Assembly: GCA_002633005.1 (NCBI GenBank)
Contig: NMRA01000004.1
Coordinates: forward strand, 563,846 to 627,845
Length of the DNA: 64,000 nt
Reading direction: 5' to 3'
Source of the DNA: Phoronis australis
Taxonomy: Eukaryota > Animalia > Phoronida
The first letter of the stretch is position 1; every line of letters begins with the position of its first letter. The translations under genes were made by a program, and so were the position numbers. Shown one piece after another: positions 50,901 through 62,900 of this stretch. The notes under the pieces were generated by a model, which had not been told where the DNA came from, made no database searches, and saw only the letters and a program-made list of their open reading frames with translations.

Positions 50901-53900
50901 GGTTTTTCCAGCTTGGAATTAACTATTGAAAAGGGTGACTAGCCCAATAACCTTGTTCAAGATTTTTAACTAGCCTCATTTAATGTACTGATCAACAGTA
51001 GTTTTCAAGCTACCCAGCAATGGTTAGTAAAGGTGAAAGGACATTCAAGCTAAGCTTGGAGGTATGTACCTTTAAGCATGATCTATCTTGGTAAAATTTA
51101 GCTAAGTACAAAACAAATATCAAGCATTGGACAGAAAATAAGGGTACCAAAAATAGAACAGCAATGGTGTTCAAGATGTTGTTTTGTCTAATTACTTACT
51201 CTTCCAGTCGGCTTTTATTCTCGTTTGTCACGTTACTTTTTCTGCGAGCAAGCAGGGAATCGTCACTCAAATCGGTTGGCAAGGAAAATCTTTGTCGCAC
51301 GTGTCTGAAACAGCCATGTTGATCATATATCAAAACTGAATGAACAAGCTCAAAAAGCAAAAGAAAACTACCCCAACATGCAAGCTATAACAGACGTACA
51401 GCATGGGCGTTAAAATACTAGGACAACAAATGAAGTACACCAATAGCAGAATGTTTTGTATTTCATAAATTGATTCTTATCAATCATAAAACAGCAGTCA
51501 ACATCTTTGCAAATCATTCCAATATGTTAGCTACATACATGATGTTCGAATGATTCTAGTGTTAGTCACACGATCATGCAAAATTCTCAGTTGTTTTCCA
51601 GTTAAACCTCATAAATTTCAGACAAAAATAATTGTCAAAATTGCACTTTTTCATTTTTCCAAGGGCTCCTTAGATGATTGTGAGAGCCCATAATTTTTCA
51701 AAATATTGTCTGCTGATAGCTATGGTACAGAACTCGGATATGGCAAAGCATCATTTTGGGTACATAGATTATTATATGTAGAAATGAAAAAATAAAATTT
51801 CATCTTACCAAAATATTGTCCTAAATTGGAGATATGAAGGCATTAGAAGAATGTTGTGGACCATGTCACATGACTAGCATACCTGGGGCGCTTGGCTGCC
51901 TCCTCAGACTGCTCCTCGATGGTGCTCTGCCGTGAACCTGAGAATCGACTTCGTATGGAGGAGAGTGTGGATTCCTTCCAGGAAGGCAGCTTCTCAGGCC
52001 AGCTCAAGATGTTATCGTTGGTCCACCATACTTTGCGAGACTTGCCAGAAAGCTTTGACTACACAACAAAAATACAATGCAAAAAGCATATTGTATAATA
52101 TGTACATTTGCTAGTTTCATTTATTGTCCTTCCTCTCACTCAGTCATTGTCATGTAGTATGCAGCCAAAGCACAGCCTCTTTCGTGCTTTAAAATAAACA
52201 TCGTGGTTATCATAATTAAAATTCACAAAATAATTTCATAAAGCAAACATGTTAGCTTACCACAGGAAACATACAAATGTGACAGCACAGTAAGGCTCTT
52301 TAGAACAGAGGACATAGGCATATCTACAGTGTGTTTAGGTGTTTTACAAGTTTTGCGGCAACTTACTGCATAGCGTAACTTCTACAAACTTTGAAAATAA
52401 CAACCTGCTTTGAGTCACTGGAGACACCACTCATGTTGGTTATTTCCCGAGACATTATAGTTCCATGCAGAGGATTTGACCTTTTCAAAAACTTTCTTGA
52501 AACCTAAAAATATCAAGAATTTCCAAATATTCAGGTTAAAAGAAAAAAATATAATTTATAGAAATTGTTGAAATGATGTCCAAGGTACTAACATCACAAA
52601 GTCATGAAATAATCACAATTATGTTACTTATAATAAACAACATACCAGATAAACTTTCTTTCAGTACCTGCAGTGGCACGACCAATAACAAATTACTCAA
52701 ACGAGAATCTACATTATTTATGCTTAAGATTAATTTTAACAGGTCACTCAATGTTGCAAGTCAATAGTAAGTTCTGCTGACACAAACCTGGGTATCTTCC
52801 AGCTGTGTCCTGTCTCCTGATTGGCTGTGGTAACCAAACAGGGTGGGCCGTGACATCATGTCTTCCATTTCAACTGTCTGGGCTGAGGCTGATTTACCAG
52901 AGTAGTCAAACGGTTGTAGCTGAAATATACAATACAAGTGTCAGTAGGATAATACAGATGATTGTTGGGATGTATACATCAAATAATATTGTCGAATTAC
53001 AGACATCATCCTAAAGCAGTGCTTGCATGTCAATAAAGAATTAGAAAGGGAGAACTGGCTAACAAACAATTTTTCCAACCATGTCGTGAACACATCCACT
53101 AAAACAAAAAACTGCAGGAACACCGCATTTATCCACCTTCACTCTTATCAGGCTTCTATTGTGAGTCAGCATGCGTGAATAATTGGCTGATAAGCCACCT
53201 CTGGAACTACTTTTGGCTGAATGGATGACCAGGCCATAAAATGATAATATTAGCCAAGACCAGTTACTAATGCAACAAAGAATANNNNNNNNNNNNNNNN
53301 NNNNNNNNNNNNNNNNNNNNNNNNNNNNNNNNNNNNNNNNNNNNNNNNNNNNNNNNNNNNNNNNNNNNNNNNNNNNNNNNNNNNNNNNNNNNNNNNNNNN
53401 NNNNNNNNNNNNNNNNNNNNNNNNNNNNNNNNNNNNNNNNNNNNNNNNNNNNNNNNNNNNNNNNNNNNNNNNNNNNNNNNNNNNNNNNNNNNNNNNNNNN
53501 NNNNNNNNNNNNNNNNNNNNNNNNNNNNNNNNNNNNNNNNNNNNNNNNNNNNNNNNNNNNNNNNNNNNNNNNNNNNNNNNNNNNNNNNNNNNNNNNNNNN
53601 NNCAAATATTACAGTAAAAACTACGTAAAATTCTCTCCATAAAAAGTACAGTTGTTAGGCTAGACTGTAATCAGCTGATCATATCCGCATGAGCGAAGTC
53701 AATTATCCTCGCTCGTGACTCAATGAATAGAGCAGCTTGGCGGCATCCCTTTGAGCATGAGCCTAGCGCGTCTCAGCCAAGGTGGATAAATACGGTCTAG
53801 TTCAATTTTCCATACCCCGCCGTTTACCTTAAACACCGGGGTTAGAACCAATTTTATTTAGTGGGAATGTTCATAGCACGAACAGAGAAATCAATTGAAC

Positions 53901-56900
53901 CCATAATACAGACACGGCAGCAAATTTGCAAACCAACATTTGAAACAAATATCTACGACAACGAATTACTATAATTGTCTCTACCATGAACTGAAGTAAC
54001 AACACTCTCTGCCGTGTCACCAACTGAAGACCCAATACCATCAGATTCAATGCAGGTTCAATATCGTCAGCTATGGAACTGGCTACAACTGCAATTCCAG
54101 TAGCTGAGGAACCACCAATAGTAACCTCACCATAAGCAGTACTAAACAGTAAATGTAAAAAATAAGTCTTAGAGTAGTTTTTAAAATTAAGATTTCAGTA
54201 AACCAACACATACTTGATATTCACTTCTTTTGAACAGTACAACAAGTATGACACCTATAGGCACCACACAGAGGCTTGACAGTATGCCAACAATGACTTC
54301 CTCCCAAGAGAACCACAGTCCTGATCTTGCTTCAGTTTTGAGGAGTCCATACCATGCAATGTTGACACACATGAATGCATACATCAGTGTTGCACAGCAA
54401 TTAACTCTTTGGACGCGAGTAAAACGACTGTACCGAGACCGTTCGTAAACAGACAGCCATATGTGACGGTTGGCAAATCCTATGCTACTTTCCATTTTGA
54501 AAATGTTGGAAAAAGTGTTGAAGGCCTCTGGTGCTGCAATATGACAAAAGAATCAGCGTGAATAATTTAAATCAATCCTAAACTAAATTTCAAAAAGGAA
54601 ACATGAACGTTCACAACAACCGAAACAACTTTTTGTACTGATGACAATAAGCCTGCATAATTTGTACTGATGACAATAAACCTGCATTGAGTAGACACCT
54701 CTGGTGAGTCACATGACCTGATACTAGGCTATGCAATGTGACCAATATATTACAAAAAATTTGTAGAGGTTACCTCTACACCATACACACACAGTACCAA
54801 GAATCGGTGTAATAACTGTACCATTATTTTCCAACATGCAAACTTTCCTATAAAAATACTATCTTCCTACCAGACGGCTCTAGATTTTTCTCTATGGCAC
54901 CATCTTTAGTGCTCAATGACAACCAATCATCTGCCTTGAAATACCACTTGACTTCTGACTGTAGGTCAACAATGGTCACGCGACTCAAGAACCAATCAGG
55001 ATTGAGACCAGTATTGTCATGCCACACTTTGATGTGGTGAATGTCTTCAATCTTCTCCTCACTCGCCATCATGAAGACATCTTCTCCGTTCCTCTGAAAG
55101 GCACTGGACTTGCTCAGGTGAACAGCTTGGCTCTTTGTGTTTGTCCCATAGATTCTGATGCCAACATGAGCACTTGTGCCTAAAACAGAATAAATTTCAT
55201 TCCTCACTAAGTGAAAAGTTTACATTAATAACAAGAAACAATAATAGCTTTTAAAAGAACATATCACTGCAAAAACCGTTTCTGTCGTAAATTCCCACAT
55301 TTAGAAGGATAATATTAAATTTTTGAGAACATATTTTTAAAAATGCAAATCTTAAACCGGCGTTGAAATGTAAATCGCAAACATATTAACATAAACTCAG
55401 GAGTTAAAGGGCAAAAACGTTCACAACTAAGTCTGTATTCGACTGGTGGTCCAGACGGCTTCATGGACTACAGCATCTGCAAGGTTAGCAGAAGGTCCCG
55501 GCTTCGAGTCCCAGTTGGGGCATTGGGGCAGAGATCTTTTCAGACTTATATTCATTAGCTCACGTGATGTAGCCAACAGGTAGCGTGCTGAACAAATTTA
55601 AAATGTTTGCAAAAACTTTGAGAAGTAAAATCTACTGAGGTATGCACATAGGAGACAATAAGAAGATATTTGTACCTGCACCAAGCTGTCTGCCTGTCAC
55701 TATGCTAACTTCATATTTATAAGCGCCACCTTTACCACAGAGAGGGACAACAGTGATAGCTTTCAAATCCTTCAAATCCCATCGCCTAGCAACAATTGCC
55801 ATGACAATATACAGTGCAGCAATACTGCACACTGTTACAACAATCACTGGGTTTTCAGATAGTTCAAGGTCCTAAAATCAAAGAAAATTTATTTTGAGGC
55901 GTAAGTCAATAACATGCTTGTTCTACAAACGTCAATACGTATGTTGTATCTCTATTGAAGAAAATATGACACTCGATGAACAAGGAATGAAACATAGCTG
56001 CAATGTTGCCATCTGTACAACTGATAGCATCAATTCCTTTTTGGTTATTTCAGTCAATTCCAGTGATTTTTTTAAACACAATGAATGCAAATAGTAATGG
56101 TAAGGTTGTATGATCGAGATGACTTGAACAGCACAAAACCAAGACTTAACATTACATGAATAGCATGTGGAAAGTATGCCTGCCGAACTATATAACACAA
56201 TACATGTAAAATTTGAACAACAATTGTGTTTTTACCTCTAGGTCTCTAAAGTCTATTGCACTTGGTGGCGCCAACACACTTGCACCAAATGAAGTCAGGT
56301 GATTGCATGAACAGACAGTTGTCATGGCAACTGACTCGACATCGGGTTCACAGCCAGCCGTGTCCCACCTGGTGGTGAGTTCATTGTAGAAGAGGCATGT
56401 GGAGAAATAGACGCCAACAGACACAGAAACAGCCTCAGTTGTATCCTGGTTGTTGACAGTCAAGAAGTATTGGGCACTCGTATCAAACGATCTGCACAGT
56501 TCATAAAAGCAAAAAGTATGAAAATGAATGTCGGCCATGACAGAGACACTCTTTATTTGAAAAGGTAACAAGTAAGAAAATTTTATTTTACACCACGTCA
56601 AGAAATACTGATATAGCTCAACAATTTGTCATTGTAGAGTAACAAAATCAAGCTGCTAAAAGAAAATAATTTCACAGTGTAACCAAATTTTTAACTTACA
56701 CGGCTGACAGACTTGTGGATTGTTTAACAAAAATTATCAAGACTCCATGCTCATGAATGCAATAGTACTTTTGAAAGCTCTTCAACAAAGTCACGGAAAC
56801 TCACAAGAATTTTCTCATTACTTACGAGCATGCTATAAACGATACATAGTGAAATGAGTCTCCTCCTTAGAATTGTATTTAGCCAAATGTTTGGTACACT

Positions 56901-59900
56901 GGATATTCTAAACACAGCAAATGGAACAATGATCCCCACAACATGCCTTCATAATGAGCAAATCATTGTTTTAAATTGAAAATCTTAACAGAAGCAACTA
57001 CTTACGGCTGTGGTACAAAAAATGTATATTTTCGATGATCTTGTCCAATTTCAAACATCTCTGGAACTAATTCTAGCTTAGAATCATGCTTAGCTGCTGT
57101 TGGTTCAAAGTTCTTTCCAAAGAAGACAGATATCCCTCCATTGTGTCCAGAAAATCTCACCTGCAATCCAACAACTGATTCTAATTCCATCAGAACGATT
57201 AACAAGAGCAACGCAGAGCGTTGAAATGCGCCCACAATTGCACCGTATACGTATCCTTCTAGGGTTGTTTATTGGTACCATCAAGTGGCCAGTAGAGGGC
57301 ATATATGTAGTATGTTGTACTTTGCAAAATGGAAAGGCATGGTCATTGTCTCAATACGCTAGGGGCAAAATGTGAGTGATCTTCATAATACAAGCACATC
57401 CTATACTTCAGTTGCTTAAAGCACCACAGAAACATAGAATTAAAAACAAATTTACCAACATACGAGATTAGCACAGCATTAGAATGCCAGAAACAAATTT
57501 CTACTTGGAACTTTTCCTTCACAGTCACGAAGTAACACAAAGTATACACCTGAAGACCTATGAAAATACAGAGGTCAATGTAAAATACTAAAATTGCCAC
57601 TAGAGGCACACCGGTAGTCAGAATCATCCTAAAGTCATCATCGTCCGTTGTCAACATCACATAAATACACTTGCTAAATTTAGTAAAGATCCTGCAAACG
57701 GTTTGGGAGATACAGCCATGGGCGCAAAAAAAAAACTGCCACTAGGAGACGCCACAGTAATCAAAGTCATGGGAAATTCAGCGTCAACCGTCCTCTTCAT
57801 AGTAAGAACATACATGCCAATTTTCACAATCATACTTAGAGCGGTTTGGTTGATGGAGGGGTGGACGCCAAAAAACAGTAAAAATGGCCACTGGTGTCCC
57901 AAACTAGGTCGAATCCATCCGAAAACGGGAGGATAGCGTCATCACACTAATAGGTGCCTACATACCAAATTTCATGAAAATCCGTTAAGGACTTGTGAAG
58001 ATACAGAGGTAAACGTAAAAAATAAAATTGCCACTAGGGGACACACTGGTAGGCGGATCCGTCCAAAAGTCGTCATCGTCTGTTGTTAACATCATATAAA
58101 TACACTTATTAAATTTCGTAAAGATCCTGCGAACGGTTTAGGAGATACAGCCATAGGCGCTAAAAAAACAAAACTGCCACTAGGAGGCGCCACAGTAGTC
58201 AAAATCGTCGGAAAATCATCGTCAACCGTCTTCTACATAGTAAGCATATACGTCGGAAAATCATCGTCAACCGTCCTCTACATAGTAAGCATATACATGC
58301 CAATTTTCACAATCAACCTTTGAGCGGTTTGGTTGATAGAGGGGTGGACGCACAAAAACAGACTCGAAAACACTAAAAATGGCCACTAGGTGGCGCAAAC
58401 TATGTCGAATCTATCTGAAAATGGGAGGATAGCGTCATCTCACTAATAGGTGCCTACATACCAAATTTCATGAAAATCCGTTTGGGACTTTTGAAGATAC
58501 AAAGGTAAGCGTAAAAAACTAAAATTGCCACTAGGGTGCACACCGGTAGTAAGATCCGTCCGAAAGTTCGCACATGCCGTCCCATTCATGAATGGAACAT
58601 ATGTGCCAAATTTCATGAATGTATGTCAAAGGGTTTTGGAGATAAAGCAGCGGACGCCGGATGCCGGACGGACGCCGCCCGGACAGACGGACGGAGATGA
58701 CGACATAATGCGTCCACATATAAATATGTGGGCGCATAAAAAGTCTCTGATTTCTGATGTGACCGCAATAGAAGATTCTACTTCAAGATGGCTGGGATTC
58801 ATTTAATCTCTTCAAGGACAGCCTTTTGCACAAATGGCAGCAATGAGCACTGGTGATAACAAATCTGGGGGCCATTCATGATGATCAGAAGAAAACGTGA
58901 GCTGTGATCAACAACACTAAACAAGCACGTTAAGAACACATGGTCACCACATTAAACACTGGCAAGATGGCATTGCCATAAACTCTACTAATTCTGTAAA
59001 TGTTTTCATGAGCATAAGACACTGGGTGACCAACAAAAAGTATGGCGATTGGTCTGAATACTCTCCAGCAAAAGAACATTATGCATTGTGTCCTCATTAC
59101 AAAAATATTGTCCACTGTAACAAATCCGCAAGGATCATTGGTCACTTAGGACCAACCTGGACAACGATAGAGTCAAGGGGCACCAACAATCATTGGTCAC
59201 ATATATGCAACCAATTACAACGGATCCATGAAAATGTCTCATTGCCTTGTGGCTATATTTTAGTCGTAAGTGTCAATTCAATATTGCAGGCGTTAAAAAG
59301 TTACAAACTAAGATACCTGAACATGCATTGCTGCATGGGTCGGTGAAGTAGTTGTATTCAGCAGACCTTTTACCATCTTCCTCGGTGGCACATTTATTGT
59401 CACATATTCCAGCCCTGCCATGGGATCATAGTTCGGTAAACTGACCAAGCGGTTGTCATTAGCAGACAACAGATTGACTTGACTAGGAAAGTGTCTTGAT
59501 GACATGACAATCTTGATGCGTTTGTTGTCAGGCAATTTATCCACAATGATTTTTGTACCATTTCCAAATCGAAAGCTTAGAGCAGCCACACGCGATGTTA
59601 CCTCACGCTCTTCATGAAATCCCCATGTATAGGGATTCTTATTCAAGACGTACATGATTTGTAATATTTCAAACTCTGGCTGTTCCTTCACTGCAGTCTC
59701 TGATATGACAAACTGACAGCCATCTTGAATTTCCTTCTGCCATATTTCCGAGACAATAGTTCTCTGTCCTTTCACTGTAAATCCAGCTATTTCCAATGAG
59801 ATTGGTTCCTCATTAAGAATCTGGCTCATAAGTGCAACTGTTAACAGATTTTCAGTCTCCCTTAAAATGACATCAATGATACTCAAACGTTCTGCTTGTT

Positions 59901-62900
59901 TTATGCCACTCAACGGTGCCACTCCTGTTTTGTCCTGTGTTCCAGCCATTTGCGAATCATAGACTTGGCTGTTCACAGCCTCTACGAGATTAATAATGGC
60001 AGAGAGCAAGTCATTTGGAAGCGCCTCAGAGCTGTCTTGTCCCTGAGTTGTGTAGGCAAGAAGCACATTTGTGATGTTTTGTATAGTCTCCATTATCAAG
60101 GCTTGTCCTGTGTAATTTTGCAGCTCTGTGGCAAAATCCTGGAATAGCAAAAAAAATTTCATTTGACTTCAATCAACTGGAATGACAGCATTTTAGAAGG
60201 CAGCTTGTCAACAAAGTGAGACCTAAAATAAAATTTATAGAGAGATGATCACGGGCAATCGGCAAAATTATGAGTTCAGAAAAAAGTCAAACCATGTAAA
60301 CTCAGTTGCAATACTACACAAACAACATTTAACAGGACGGCAAAATACACTGCCCTGTTAGAGAACTTGTCAATAAAAGGCCTTCCTAAACTTCATATGA
60401 AATTTTAAGTAGTTTTTCATAAAGGCAATTTACTTACAGTAAGCTTATCCAACAAAAATGCCATTTGTTGGACTTCCTGTGGAGATATCACAGCAACGTT
60501 ACTAATGGCTTCAGTGACGGTCTCCCTCACCAAAGTTCTCTTACTGGTCTGAGTATCACCCGTTCTATCAGATTTTGCTTCCTGAGACTGATTGTTGAGT
60601 TGAAGAAGGAGCGCTATACTGTATTGTAGCAAGGAATTGGGGTCGTTCTTTTTGACCAAGTATTGGAGGTCCTTTTGAGAACGCTCTACCAGAAATTCTG
60701 TTTTGGTCTGGTTAGTTGGTGGCACTGGCTCTTCAACAGTGATGATCCTAAGAACAGAGCAGAACCATTAAAAAGTGAAACGAAGAGAACGGCAGATGGT
60801 TAGTAGTGGTTTGTGAACTACCTAATGCAAGCTCATGAAAAAGGCTGGAAACGTAGTCTAGCCAAATCATGGACAAAGTTAAGCAATGAAACAAAAAAGA
60901 GACGCCTTTTTCAAAATGGCTTTATAATTACTATCTTATGGTTCAGTGTACCACACCTGCTAATGGCTCTGGTTCTAGCACCAAGGGGATCTTCCACATG
61001 AACTATGATCTTTACACCACTGCCCCCTCCTGGAAAGGATGAAAGGTAGACTTCTTTGGATGCCTGTGTGCCATAATACAGTAGATATTCATCCTGCTGC
61101 CCACTGATGGCCGACATATGGTACTTTAAGGGTGCGTATACGGCATCATCGTCTTGCCAACCAGAACAGCTAATGTTGACCTTGGTCGTCAGGGCTACAA
61201 CTCGTGGTGGATGAACACTGCATTGACCACCAAATGGACGAGGATTGGCAACAAGTAATATGCTGGCATAGGAAGATAATGGTTTTCCCTTCACGCTAAT
61301 TGTCACTTTAAATATGTGGTCATAGCCATCATGAAGTGCTCCTTTTTTGATGACCAAATTCTGTTTACTAGCTCCTGTTTTGGTTGTTGTAAGATCTAAG
61401 ATTACTGGCTTGGAATCATTCCTGGTTGCAGTCCACTGGTATGTGATTTGGCTCTTCGGGTAATTGTCACAGTAACTGACCAGTGCTATGTGACTCGATG
61501 GCGAGATTTTGTACGAGCGACTTACAGAGCAGGAGAAACATTCTACTCTGACTTTGGGCAATTTGCGAGGCAAAATAATTACCTGAAATGGAATTTCAAA
61601 GTTTAACAACAAAACATTAATTACATACAGACGCAATGCCAAAGAAAGTTGCCATATTCCATACTTTTGTTATACCTAGTCAATAGAGATGAAACTGAAT
61701 CAGAGACAGAATAAAGAGAAATGTTTTATTACAAACAGAAATACAGACTTTAAGCTTGGTTGTTTGATGAATCAAATCTAGTCTAAATAAAATATATAGC
61801 AGTGGGTATATCTGTGGTTACTCAGTAATGGCTTAGGAATGTTCCACAAGTTATTGAACTATTACAAGTAGCACTCTACAGTATCAAGCTAAAAACAGAT
61901 GCACAGGACTTAAAATATCACTGCACTAGGCTCATCCTTTTCAAACACCATGTACATATTAATTATCATCAGTAATAATCACATTTATTTCAAATAATAT
62001 TACACAAAGGTCTGCCATTTCACGTGTCAGAAAAAAGCACACTCTGGCACATTTTTTCTACTGTCTCACTAATTGTGATGTGTATTGTAGCAAAACAGCT
62101 CATGACTGAGCATTTAGATGTACATACTGTTTGAGAAGCTGTTGCATTATTCTTTCCTGGTCTGGTAACCATGACAACAAACTGATATGCTGAATTGGGC
62201 AGCAAGCTGTTACCAGAGAATTCCAGCGTTGCTCTAGTAGAGGTTTTGTTGCAGTCAACATGGGGAATGTATACAGATGTGTTATTGTCGAACTATAACG
62301 AAAATGCAAGACGTATATCAGCCAATAATTTCCATACCTTCAATTACAAAAATAAAATAACATGAGCCAACAAAATCTGACACAAAACTTCTTTAACTAT
62401 ATTATTGTCAGCCTACCCAAAGGATTTCTCTATCAAGAATCAAAGCAATATCGAATGCATAACTATTCTGCTTGTGGTTTAGTTGACATTTGCTCTAAAG
62501 ATGTCAGTTTGTAATGATTAAGATGTACTACCAATTCCACGCATTACACCATTACACGTAATGATTAAGAAAACTAGAATCACATCCTGTTGAAAGCAAA
62601 CAACACGGTGTCTAAGAGAATCCAAGAACTTGCTGATTAAATGCTGTTGTTAGTTATTTACAAGTGCTTACCAACTGAAGGCAGGACCAGGTGAATAGCA
62701 AGACAGCATTGGCATCATCAGGATCATATGTAGAACTGGCATCAACTACCAGTGGATGGTCAACAGGTGAAGTTCGCTCACTGCCGCCTCCGATAATGGC
62801 GACAATGTCACTGGCAATGATATCGACAGCAACTCGCTCCACAGAACTGATGGAAGTTTTACGGTAATACACGGTCAATGTGAAACAATACTGTCCAATG

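Noticed and set aside
53059-53640. ORFs spanning the second large gap; possible PKD1 exon at 53120-53270
   Set aside because: N-driven. The flanking exons (54214 and 52919) already join in phase 0, and the segment resembles a repeat.
53930-54141. Open frame on the - strand after a tttag, as an extra PKD1 exon
   Set aside because: The required phase 0 hits TGA within five codons; no PKD1-like motifs.
57343-58806. Several 68-105 aa ORFs
   Set aside because: They fall in the tandem array of the Helentron-like element and repeat with it.
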